DNA of 64,000 nt. Source: Tubulanus polymorphus (lineage: Eukaryota; Animalia; Nemertea). Numbering within the stretch: the first letter of the stretch is position 1; each line of letters opens with the position of its first letter. Location: contig NC_134032.1 in the NCBI RefSeq assembly GCF_964204645.1, positions 6,498,275 to 6,562,274 on the forward strand, given 5' to 3'. This document shows positions 49,738-62,579 of the stretch, one piece after another. Position numbers and translations under genes: made by a program. Below the pieces are notes generated by a model. That model ran no database searches, was not told the origin of the DNA, and worked only from the letters and a program-made list of their open reading frames with translations.

Positions 49738-51622
49738 CTGTAAAAATTCGAATGATTTGTATTTATAGTTAATCTGAAAAAAATTCGGCCACAAAAAATC
49801 AAGATAAGTTTTTAATCTCATTTCCATTTCTATTATTCTGGGATTAGGTGCACAAGTTGTATGGTAGAAACTATCTGGGCTTAAAAAGGCAGACGGTGTG
49901 AAATACAATGGGGTAAACACTGCCCACTGTGTTCTGATATTAAATATATGTCTATGTGTTCGATTATTCTTGTATTTCACGAAGTTGTCTTGTTTATGTA
50001 GCCTTGCGTCGTTAGGATCTTGGTTTCTCAAGACTAACCTTATAGGATTGTTCATTTAACCTCATAACGGGACCTTAAAAGTAATGGCCATATAACGTAA
50101 GCATTAAGCAGGACTCAAACCCACTAGTCACTCAGCGCTGATAGCATCACGCCCTACCCACTAAGACACACCAAGGGGTGTTTAAATGCCCTTTTAAAAC
50201 TAGTGGACCAAAGCTCCTGAGGCTCACAATATAAATGCTCCATCAAAAAATTAGGCACGGTATGGATTATTGGATACGATAAGAGGGAATTAGAAACGAA
50301 CAAGAAAATTAATTTTAATAAATTATTTGTCACCTGCGAAAAAAAATGTAGACATTTTTGGGATAAACTAACGTGGAATTGCATATTTGAAATCGAAGTT
50401 TTAAAAAATTTGAGGAATTATGAGATTTGGCGATTGGGTAGATGATACTTCGACTGTAGTAGTGGTTTAATTATTTTCTATTGAAAATAGTCGATAATTG
50501 ATCACTGGCGACCGACTTCTTTCACTTTTGCCTCTAAGCTGGTCTGCCCCCATGGTCGAGGAAAGAGCTCTTCTGATGTCTGCTTCATCATTACTTATGA
50601 GCATATCGATTGGCTTAGCCAGCCGGCAAGGTCCGCCCGGTTTGGCTGTCACTCGATATCCTCTTGAGTCTGGGTTGAGTAGACAATGTCATTTAAAATA
50701 ACTTGTTTATGTTATTCTGTACGAATTACGCATGTGTCTTGTATGTTGTATTTTCTTATTTTAAAATTTGTGACTTTATTTGAATTTGGAAATTTTATAT
50801 CTAAAAGGATCAATAAAGAATTGAATTGAATTGTCACCTAAAACATCATCAGAGGACGCGGAACCGTATATGATAGCTATGCTATTATGAATTGCTAATC
50901 TCATGAAACCTGCATACCCCTAATATCGAACATATTTTCTAAAACATCTGAATATCGAAATTATACGTTTTCACATTTTTATATTGACCGCTTGTAACTG
51001 CCGATGAAATTCCCGCCGGCCCTACACAGATTGTAGATAGCTTCGTCATTCCACCAGCATCCCCATGTCAGGGTCTTGCTTTTATATCAAACTTCCAAAT
51101 CGTGTATACATCCGCCATTTTAACCGAAGAATCCGATTAACTTCTTCTGATGTAATCATACATCCTTTACTATTACAATACGTCTTTTAATGATATTCAA
51201 TGCAATATAACATTTCGAAGTTCAAATAGGGCTCATTACCTCATCCCGCCATTATTTTTCATTGTCTCTCTTTGTTTTTCTCTGTCTCTTTTTTTTGCCT
51301 TTCAAGGGTGCTTGCTATAGCGGCCTTTTGGCCTTTGCTTGGCCCTCATAAGAAAGCCTTCTTAATTTCCTGTTTGATCTGCTTGTAAATATTCTTATAA
51401 CATACTTTCTTATGAAATAAATTGAAATTGAAATTAAAATTGAAATGTGACCTGTGACGTTTTGCACACCGATTTACGGTTGTCGTTTGTAAAATGACGC
51501 TGAATGGTTAACATTGTTTAGGTTTCATAATGGTAACGTTTTATAAGGCTTCCAAAAAGTGTCATATTCGTCATCGTGCATGTTCAATCCTTCAATCTTG
51601 GTGCACTGTGTAGTAAACATGT

Positions 51623-53608
51623 GGTTAGATCCATTTCCTAGACGTGGGTCCGAGGTGTCGTGGCGGACTTGACGTCACCATACGAATACGTCATCAATGA
51701 CGTGTCCAAGCTGTGCGATCGGGTTCGAGTCCCTGTCAACGGTTGTCATTAGTTGTAAGACGAGTTTGTCGATGACGTCACATATAAATAATAACATAAC
51801 CACGTGCGTGTACTCCGTGTACCAGTTCGTGATCAGACGGTGGCCTAGCTAAGTCAGTTTTGGTGGTACGTACCTGAAAAAGTCTTATTAGGACCAGAAA
51901 GCACAGGCAGTTGAACAAAAACATTGTTTTTTAATCCATTTTTCCCTGTATTGCAAAAGACGGTGCGGGTGAGCTGAATCGAACTCTACTGTAATAAGGC
52001 TAATCAAGAAGAAAAATAAACAAGAGCCCCAAGGTGCACTATGGCCAGCCTGTCAGCTTTTCATAAAATGGCAAATGGTGCATTCTGTGGGTTTAATTTG
52101 TCCAAATACACTCCCAGCTCATAGACTATTCAATCCCAGTCTATTAATTTACACAATTCAATCGTGTTTTCATACTATAAGTAGCACAGACAGCGACTGG
52201 AGCTAGCAGGAACAAATACCTCAGATAAATCTTTACCCTTTGTCTTATTGATTTGAATGCAGGATAGAATTGATTTTCTGAAATTTGCTCAATAAAACAA
52301 AATTGAATTGGATCTGCTGATTTACCTTGTTCAATAAAGTAAAATTGAATTTGGATTTGATATTTTTTTCTGCAGAATAAAATTTGATTGAATTTGCAAT
52401 TTGAGCACATGAATAATTAGCATGTCAAGGTCGTCTATCCGATTTGAGAAAAAGCTTTTTTCCCGGACTTTTGCACAATTGTCAATGATATTTTCTGCAG
52501 TGGAAATAAAAATGTTCCTCCCAAAAACCATATCAACTAAAGATCCCACAGAAATGGATATCGAAATACAATTTTAGATCTTAAAATAAAACCCGGAAGT
52601 GAAACGGTAGACGATACCGCGGATTCACGTGAACACCTGCTGACCTCTGTGGCTAAGCCAATCATAGAGGAGTCTTTGCTTTTTGATTGGCTTTTTAAAA
52701 GATATTTTTGCGGTCAGATTTTCGCGAAAAAAAAGCTCATATAAATTACAACGAGGCCCTCTTTCAAAATTCAGCTTCATAGGGGATGGAGAATGGATAA
52801 TGCTCTAATGAATGATTTGTATGAATATATGCTCAGTTGCACAGTCAAATAGCCTTAGCTCTGGAAACCATGTCATCTTGAACAAAAAATCATCAAAAGA
52901 TGATTACGGAGGAAAAGAGTGCGGCAATTTGTTAATGATGATGCAATTCGGCGCACAGAATTGGTCAATAAAGTCTTTGTATTTGAATTTGTTACCCTCA
53001 TCGTGCACGGACGTGGTTATGTTATTATTTATGTATGACGTCATCGACAAAATCGGTTTGGAACTAATGACTAATAGGGGTATTCCAACAAGAATTTCAG
53101 AGGTGGATCCAGCCCAAAACAAAATCAGTGGCACCAATCAATCAATTACAAAGAAAGAATAGTTTATCGAACATTTGATATTTGATTAATTCTAATAATG
53201 AAATCTCTACAGGAAATCATTGATCTGCATAGATTAGTTCTCCAATGATAAATTGAACACTAAATGGTGCATCTCTATAGGTCAGAAAGCCTCAAGATTA
53301 TTTGAGATCATTGCATAAAATTGAAATACACTATGGAACAAATTAAAGATAGGAGATTCAATCTTTTTGTCTCCTTGATCTTTTGACCTCAAAAGATCAA
53401 GAATACTTGCGACCATTGCATAGAATAGTGAAATAAAATAAATGGAACAAATTAAGGGATTCATTTCTACAGTTGCGAATTAGAGTTAACTCAGACGACT
53501 GTAGAACTGGGTTTTTGGCGGGGCGCACACGACTTTGAAAATCATTGATGTCATCAGACTCATGACGCCATGACACCTCGGACCAACGTCTAGGAAATAG
53601 ATCTAACC
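51623..53608. mobile_element. Non-autonomous TIR DNA transposon (GGTTAGATC termini)
   Basis: TIR GGTTAGATCYATTTCCTAGACGT(G/T)GGTCCGAGGTGTCRTGGCG at both ends; GT dinucleotide at both flanks. Confidence 0.75.
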
Positions 53609-54319
53609 GTCACGGAAAATCTGGTCGCGTTTAATGAAGCTATCAGTAACCATCAACGTATAAACGTGTCTCATTTTATCACGCTTCACCGAGACCCCGT
53701 TTTCGGCAAAAGTAAAGAAAAGTTTTTATACTATGTCTACTACCATATTGATTTCCTACAAACGGGCCCTAGTAGGTTAGGCCACGGCGACCAACCATGA
53801 GTGCAACTACTACTAACTACAGTACTTAACGCTATACTGCGGCTTATGTTTAACTACCTAGATTAAGTAGCCGTAGTGCCTATTAGCCATTTTAGGCTCC
53901 CGGGCCCTGCAGGAAAATCTTTTGTTGGAAGTGGATATTTTGCAAATGCGGCATTATTATTTTTAGTAAACGCTATTTTGCCAATGGCTATATATAATAA
54001 GATAGAGTAATCAAATATAACAATAAAATCATTATATTGGGTTTCACATGTAATTTTTCTATTTCATTTTCAATTGAAAGTTGTGATCAAACTAAACTCG
54101 TGAGAACTTAATTGTGTGTTAGTCTCTTTGTCTCTCGTTAAAAAATCAATAGTTCAAACTTTGGTGGCATTAGTCTAATTTAAAGTTGGGAGTTAAGAAG
54201 AATTATACAGTTATTCTAATTGACACAACTATCAAAATTTTGAGATGCTCCCTAATCATGTTTCGTGGGTGTGATTTAAATGGAGATTAGAAAATGACTT
54301 TATTTGTATTTATTTTTAG

Positions 54320-57300
54320 ACTGGAAAGAAATAATCAAGCCAGAAGAAAAAGTGCCAGTCATTGTGTGGAGATCATCAGTTAAAAATAACAGTAAATAAC
54401 AGAGTGCCCCTGTGATCCCATACGATGGCTGTCCTGTTGTTTATCTGGCTAGGTCGGTCCTAGTGTGCCACCTAGGCAAAGATATTGACACAAAGAATAA
54501 ACATAAGGAGAAGGCGGATAATAAAATGGTTAGTTCTATCCACATGCAACAGGAAGATACCACATTGTAATAAATGTTTGAAATACACACATGTGATATC
54601 TGTATACAACAAAGTAAACCACAGATCCACCCAATCTGTTTAGATTGATCATAGATGATATGTTTATCATTTTTGTTGTTCGGTTAATTGATATTGGCCT
54701 AGCCCAAACCATAAAAACCTACCTAAATAGTGCTCAATTTTTCAGAATGAAGACCATGCATTCGTAAAAAGGAGAACGTGGCTACAACCAACTAAAAACA
54801 GAATTGTCCGGCAACTATATACTCAGATTAAGTTTCCAGGTTACAAGGTACATTATTTGAATTAAGATTATGATACTCGAAGCTCAAATTTACAAGCAGC
54901 TTTTCCAGGGTTAAAGCCATTTGATTTAAGAGAATGTTTGAAAGAAACAAATTATAATACACTGTACCTCTATCTTAAGTTTAAGGTGCGATTTTCAGAT
55001 ATTTCAATTTATTTCTAGTTAGCTTTATAAATAGACCCCACTGATCAATCAAAATAAATATATCTTACAGCGTCCATATTGCATTGCATATTATTTATTA
55101 TAATCATAGTATGGATTATTTGGATATTATTGTATTAATATTCATTTTTGATGTTTTATTATTTCATTCCAGATCACGGGAAATACTGAATGGCACAGAA
55201 CTAAAGCCTCAAAATCGCTGAGAAGCAATCTAGTAAATGAGATGGATAATCTCGATGCTGTTGTTGAATACTTTACATCCTTCCCTGATAAAAGTGATCA
55301 CTCGACACACCCAGCTGATGGCAAAGTATATTTTGGAATTTCTTGTGACTCGGCAAACTTTCTTTTAAACTGTGGATCAATCACAGAATTATGGCTTGGA
55401 GTTTGAATTATATTAATTGATTTATGTCTTTGGGAGCGTTCATATATTATGTACCTGTATCGGGGGGGGGGGGAGGTTACTGAATTTTGGTACAAAGTGG
55501 TACATGGGAGGAGGGGGGTCAGCAAAAAAGGTAGTACTTTGATGGAGGGGTATTAATCAATCTTGGTACGTACTTTATGCACCAAACTCAAATGAAAATA
55601 GCTGATACAGGTGTTTTATCGGCTTTTAGTACCGGGTATATAAAATCAATAAACAACAATAAGCCTTTTTACAGTTTCCAGGCGCCATTTTTTTGGGTAC
55701 CCGCCGGGTCCGCATTGTTGAAATTTTTGTCCCTATTTTTCTCCGGTTTAGTTTTTTTATTTCGTTCATATCTCTGGATTTGATTAAGATAGAAACAAAG
55801 TAAAAATATTGATGAACTCGGCTGATAATAAACTTTTTTATGATATCACTCATTTATAAAGTTAATGCAACAATGTACGCTGGTGAAGTTATAAACATTG
55901 ATATCGTCTTCCCGATAATTCAACTTGAATTAATGCTCATCTCATTCAAAAGTTCGTAATTCTTACAAATATTAATCTACATTCTTGAAATTTTCAGGAC
56001 CAATAGCCATCTATATGTGGTCTTATATACCTTTTACCGTTTTCAATTATCTTTATTAGTTTTTAAGTAATTGCGAGTCAAACTTCCAAAACACGTTTTC
56101 TAGATTAGCATGTGTGCATATTTATATCAAGAAATTTGCCAATTTAACCGGTCCTACATTGTTAAAATCAAAATTTTCAGTAACTATGGAAACAAGGGCA
56201 CCTAGTTATTTGAAAAAAATGATAAATAGAGATATATTTCTAGTAACACAGGGACAGACTACGGGTTTGGAGGGTCGGTAGTCCGGACCCCTGCAACTTC
56301 CCATTAAGATTACCATCTTTGTCAAGACAGTGATCGCATAAAACTTACAAATCTAACACTCATCCTCTTGCAAATTAAATTGTTTTGGATGTATTTGTTT
56401 CAACACCGAGGGGCACCCTACTCACAGCCTTAAACCACGGAAAATGTCCTTATTTTTGGACCCCTCTCCCAATCATCAAAGATAGTCAAAAAAGTCGAAA
56501 TAAGTCTTAGTGTCAGGCATTTAAGTTTCATTGATCTCCCGTCTATATTATATCGTTTCACAGTATATTGCATCAATGAAATATTGCCGTTGGCAGGTGA
56601 TTCTGGAGCCAGTTAATCAAAAGTTAACCATCAGAAATACCATGGTGTAATGGCGAGCACTCGGTCTTCAGTTAAATACCGGTACCCGATTTACATTTTT
56701 GAATTTTCAGCAGCAGCTCCACACAAATGGAGGCAGCCATGGCTGTGTCAAACTTGACGCTTGCAAACCGTTGGATCGGCTTTACTTTTTTGAGAATGTT
56801 CGATGTTCGATCTTTATTACTGATCGTGACAAGAGCTGGAAGGTGTTTCAAATTGAATTTGAATATATTTGGCTTAGTCGATTGTGTTGGAAAGATTGGA
56901 ACTTTGGAATATATTAGTAAGGAACATAACTTTCGTTTACTTTCTGTCAAAATTGATCTCGTGTGTTTGATAGTTGTTTTGAGATTTGGCACGAATTCTA
57001 AGTCAGTTTTGATCACACAAGGTCTGTATTAGCCCACTTCACGTAAGTAGCCATGCAAATTTGCGACGGCAATGCGACGCAGCATTGAGACTGTGGTCCT
57101 CATACATGTGCCACATAATGTCTGACTTTCACATTTGCAATCGTATACCCGTACGTGCAGTTTTGAAATCGAATGAAACACGTTGGACAAAATGATCTGT
57201 TGTGAACCTAGGTAGCTGGTTAAAGCAACACCTGGGTTATTTTGTTTATTTTGACAAATCCTAGAGAATATATATCTTTAATAACCACTTTTCAAAAACC

Positions 57301-60100
57301 TAGGTGCCCTTATTTCCATGGTTACTTAATAAATTGATTTTCAACAAAGTAGGGACCGGTGAAATTGTGAAATTTCCTGATATAAAGATGCACCCAGGGG
57401 ACCCGGGAAAACGTGTTTTGGAAGTTTGACTCGCAATTACTTAAAAACTAATAAAGATAATTGAAAACGGTAAAAGGTATATAAGACCACATATAGATGG
57501 CTATTGGTCCTGAAAATTTCAAAAATGTAGATTAATATTTGTAAGAATTACGAACTTTTGAATGAGATGAGCAATAATTCAAGTTGAATTATCGGGAAGA
57601 CGATATCAATGTTTATAACTGCACCAGCGCACATTGTTGCATTAACTTTATAAATGAGTGATATCATAAAAAAGTTTATTATCAGCCGAGTTCATCGATA
57701 TTTTTACTTTGTAAATCTTTGTCTATCTTAATCAAATCCAGAGATATGAACGAAATAAAAAAATTAAACCGGAGAAAAATAGGGACAAAAAATTCAACAA
57801 TGTGGACCCGGCGGGTACCCAAAAAAATGGCGCCTGGAAACTGTAAAAAGGCTTATACTTGCTCAATTCTTTTGTTGTGTCATTTATTTCATATCGGACT
57901 TTTGTTCTATGTGTGCTTGGTATAATTGGGGGGGGGGGGGGGGTCATTGGTGCTATGGTACGTACCTAAGAGGGGGTGAATTTAGTACTAAGGTGGTACA
58001 AGGGGGAGGGGGGTCAGAAAAACGGAACCTGATGGGTCATAGGTTTATAAAATGGTAATTTTCTGTTGATTTTCTATTCATGTAGGTTGATTAGTTAAGG
58101 GAGCCTGTAGACCCTGGTGTGGTGAAGAAAATTGGGGAATTAACTGCAATAATTTTCAGATATGTTCCAGAAATGAGGCGCCATCTTAACAAGTTTGTGA
58201 AAGATGAATTCTTGGTCACTGATGAAGAAAAGAACAGGAGACGTAACTATCCTACTACAAGAGACATCAGCAATAAATGTCTTTGTTCAAATCTGGAACA
58301 CGTACGAGCTCGGTGAGTATTATTCTAATTATGGATTGACAGATTGACACCATTTCAAATAATGGTGTTGTGGTATATTGGATCTTTCTTGAATGTATTG
58401 ATAGGATGATCAAGAAAAATTGATGAGTTTTATTGACGAAATGAGAAATGATGGAGACAGAGTATTCTTTCAGCTTGCTGCACAAAATGATGATGGGTTT
58501 CGGGATGAACTTCTGCTCTGTTACCAGACAACATGGCAACAATATTTGTTGGCTTAATATGGAAATGACATTTGTCTACTTGATGCAACATGGAACGAGC
58601 AGTGGAAACCAAAGGAATTCCTTACCGAATTTTGTCTTGCAGAAATTAAGGCTTTGGAAGCATCATTTTATGGTAAATTTTGATTGAATTACCGTTTAAT
58701 CACTCAACCAACTGCAGGTAACCACATTTTCCAACATGTATCTTTCTTTCATAAGGTGTCCACGTTAAACTGTGTACGTTTCATATGGAAAAGGCCTGGA
58801 ATGAGTGGCTTTCCAAAAAAGACCATGATGTACTAGGTTAGTAATTCACTTAAACGTTCACCTTTATGATCAAAATATGGATCATAATAACTATAGTGTA
58901 CTTTTTCGTGAGAATATGCACATTATAATTACCAGCATTAAATAATACGTTTTTTAATTATTCAGAATACAGGGACGATATAAAGAAGCTCCTTCAGAAT
59001 GTTGCAGATGCGGTCACAGAAACTCAATTCAATGCTGCGTATAATGCTCTATGTGCAACTTCTATATGGATGTCAAATCCAAAGCTTCGACAGTGGTTTA
59101 ATGGAGCATGGATTATTGTAAAGGAGGTAAGCCTGAATGTTTTACATTGCCCTGTAGAGGGAATGTTGCTATAGCCTGGTTACAACACTGCCTCCTTTAT
59201 TGAAATGGTGCAGACGCTATCCACAAAGTTACCTTATCCTTGAATGAAGGCGAAATTGTTTTGGCAATCATAATTGTTAGTTATTATTATCATATATATT
59301 GTACAATAGTAACATTTTTTCAGTGATATGTAGCTGCTTTTCAAAATGAGACCCTCAAGCACACCACACCTACCTTGTTGGATACAAGAAGTGTTCACTG
59401 ACAGATTTGATGACTGTAATTGCCAGATGCATAAAAAAGTATGTTTATCATGTAGACTCCACCTATAGCGGTTCCTGTCTATTCGGTTAAATCCATTCAA
59501 ACCAGTAGAATAATAGAATGATTTGTGTGAGTCGATACAAAAAAAAGAACCAAAAATCTATACCGGTATTTGTCATCTTTAAACATATCAATGCTGCTCA
59601 GATTTTATCAAGAGGCAATACCCATTCATTGAAGGATTTATTGACACATTACTCCTTAGTAGCAATTGTTCTATAAATTCACCAGTGTCCGGTGATGCTC
59701 TGCAAATTCACAATGTAGGCCATCATTGGTTGGCATCAAGTAATATAGGAGGGACAGTTACAATATATGATTCAATGTTTTTGGGCAGGCCTAATAGATT
59801 CCTTCATGCACAGCTGTCAGCAGTCATGCAACTGGAGAAGGTTTGATTAATGTAAATCTGGTGTTACCACAGGCACAGGTTGGAGCAAATGACTGTGCAA
59901 TAGCTAACATTGTGTCACTGGCATGTGGAGAGGATGTAGGTATGATTACTTATTATCAAAGTAAAATGCGTCAACAATTACACCGGTGCTTAGAATATGG
60001 AAGATTTGAGATGTTTCCTCATCGAAAATTAATGTCTCCGAAACAAGTTAGTTGCAATAAAGCAATCATGAGTAAATACTGCACATGTCATTGGTATAAA
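54320..60100 (+). pseudogene. Decayed spliced MULE transposase with CaRF-like N-terminus, Ulp1/C48-like protease domain and start of a PHD finger
   Basis: IPYDGCP..VCHLGKD, QPTK..NCPA..FPGYK, REPVDP..PEMRRHL..YPTTRDISN, YQTTWQ..YGNDICLLDAT, CTFHMEKAW, LQIHNVGHHW..IYDS..QVGANDC..MRQQLHRCLE, YCTC; many stops and frameshifts. Confidence 0.75.
55660..57855. mobile_element. Long-TIR non-autonomous DNA transposon inside the MULE intron
   Basis: ~440-bp highly similar inverted arms (TAAGCCTTTTTACAGTTTCCAGGCGCC...), decaying out to ~570 bp; TA at both ends. Confidence 0.85.
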
Positions 60101-60832
60101 CTAGAATGAGGCAAAGCCTCGAATGCCCCCGGCCTGAAATTTACAGGCAGATGTGAATTTCCAGCTATCTTGTAAAATTGCCTGTTTCTATATTTCATTT
60201 AACATCTTTGATGCAAATGATAAAGGTACAATCGGTCAACAACTACGGCCTCTAGACTGTTAACGTCGTTTTTTATGTCGGCCCCTTGTGGCTAAAATTT
60301 AAATCGAATCGACACAATTCTATATAGGGTTCTACCCAAAGTGATACCCTAGTTGTGTACCAAGTTTGAAAACAATCGGTCAACAACTATGGCCTCTAGA
60401 CTGTTAACGTGGTTTTTCATGTCGGCCCCCTGGTGGCTTAAATTTAAATCGAATCGACCCAATTCTAAATAGGGTTCTACCCAAAGTGATACCATAGTTG
60501 TGTAATAAGTTTTAAAACAATCGGTCAACAATTACGGCCTCTAGACTGTTAACGTCATTTTTCATGTCAGCCTCCTGGTGGCTAAAATTTAAATCAAAAC
60601 GACCCAATTCTAAATAGGGTTCTGGCCCAAGTGATATCCTACTTGTGTACCAAGTTTTAAAACAATCGGTCAACAATTGCGGCCTCTAGGCTGTTAACGT
60701 CGTTTTTCATGTCCGCCCCCTGGTGGCCATAATTTAAATAGAATCGACCCAATTTTAAATAGGGTTCTGGCCCAAGTGATATCCTACTTGTGTACCAAGT
60801 TTTAAAACAATCGGTCAACAATTGCGGCCTAA
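60099..60832 (+). mobile_element. DINE-1/HINE-like element with four-plus ~145-bp tandem core repeats
   Basis: AACTAGAATGAGGCAAAGCCTC head; units start at 60228, 60372, 60517, 60662, 60807. Confidence 0.65.
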
Positions 60833-61303
60833 CTGCTACAGATGTAGCTAAGATGACCAAAGATAAATCTTATCTCTGTGCCTGATGTAAAAAGTGAATG
60901 TGAAGAGATTATAATTTAATGCATATATGTTTGGTCTAAATCAACATGTATGTTTCATAACTTTTCCAGTTAAGGATGTCAAAAACTCCTGGTAAGTTGA
61001 CTAAAACTTGTGTAAATCTATATATGCTTATGCAGTAGAATTCACTCAATTTGGATTACTAGGGACTTTCCAGATTTCTTCGAATTTAAGTAAAATCAGA
61101 ATTTTGAATGATTGTTTCCCATGGTTAATGGTTAAATGGACCAATTATTTCATCTGAATTAAGTGAAATTCTATGTCTTCAATTGCTTATTCGTGTCACC
61201 ATCTTTCTCATTTCTTCATTCAATGTATAGCTTCGACCATACACAGCAATGTTTGTTTAACCAAAAGATTTACCGGTCCACTAATATGCTAAAGAACAAA
61301 ATA

Positions 61304-61476
61304 CAGCCAACCCCCATATACTGCCCTCCCATTTACCCCCGCTAACCGGCAGGTTTGCTCAATGTACATCTCTACACAAATATAAATTAAAACACCCCGA
61401 TATAGCGCCGTACTCTCTATACCACCAAAATGGTTCTGCACTGATGTGGGCGGTATATCAGGGGGCGGGGTGACTG
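61304..61476. mobile_element. Tc1/mariner-like MITE
   Basis: TA|CAGCCAACCCC...GGGGTGACTG|TA. Confidence 0.55.
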
Positions 61477-61876
61477 TATCTTTTTGGTGAAATGAATTGT
61501 ATTTATAGAACTATACATTTTACCTGTAATTTTATACTATCTAAGAAAATAACTTGAAATATTTTTATTGTTAATATATGGTCGGCATATTTGCACTTGT
61601 ACATGGTATCACACTTTGTCTTCACTTTGATAATAATAGCATTTTGACAGAAGAATATGCATTTACATGTACATAATCAAATTTTTACTGGCATGTTTTA
61701 GGTCCAAAATTGGCTCAAGGATTTCTGGTCTAAAATCTGATGATGCATATTCTCCGGTGCAAAGTGCATTCAACAAATAGCACAAAATATATGATTTGTT
61801 ATTTCACTATTTTATGCAGTGGTCAAGTATTCTACAGTGTTGTCAGAGTTAACTCATTGAAAATTAACACATTTTA

Positions 61877-62579
61877 GAGTTAACTCTAATTGACAATTGT
61901 AGAAATGAATCCCTTAATTTGTTCCATTTATTTCATTTCACTATTCTATGCAATGGTCTCAAGTATTCTTGATCTTTTGTGATGCACCAATCTCCTGTCT
62001 TTACTTTGTTCCATGTATTTCACTATTTTACGCAATGATCTCAAGTATTCTTGATCCTTTTTGACCTATAGAGATGCACCGTGTTCAATTTAATATTTGA
62101 GAACTAATCTATGCAGAATGATTTCCTTAGATAGAGAATTGATTATTAAAATAAATCAAATATCAAATTTTCAATAAATTATTTTTTCTTTGTAAGTGAT
62201 TGATTGGCGCCACTGTTTTTGTTTTGGGTTCTTCAAAATAAGCCCCTGGATCCACCTCTGAAATGTTTGTTGGAATTACCCCCTCCCCTTTACCCCTCCC
62301 CCAAGTGGTAGCCCAAGAGCGGTAGGAGCTTGCCGACCGGGGCTGTGTGGAGGATGCTAACAGATTATTGGACAAGCAATAAAGTGGCAAAACAAAGGAA
62401 AACAAAACATTGACAAATTGCAATCAATTGACGCTTTGCTCAACGGAAACACGTTCTCTCGGTTGACAGGGACTCGAACCCGATCGCCCTGCTTGGATAC
62501 GTCATTGATAACGTATTCGTATGGTGATGTCAAGTCCGCCATGACACCTCAGACCCATGTCTAGGAAATAGATCTAACC
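61877..62579. mobile_element. Inverted, internally deleted second copy of the 51623-53608 family
   Basis: 62462-62579 is the reverse complement of 51623-51740, and 61877-62280 of 53080-53490. Confidence 0.75.

Noticed and set aside
49738-50055. N-terminal 106 aa of the 327-aa ORF
   Set aside because: AT-rich and upstream of a clear splice acceptor; probably intron read-through.
55626-57947. Mirror-image ORF pairs (55577/57732 and 55626/57719)
   Set aside because: Artefacts of the long terminal inverted repeats.
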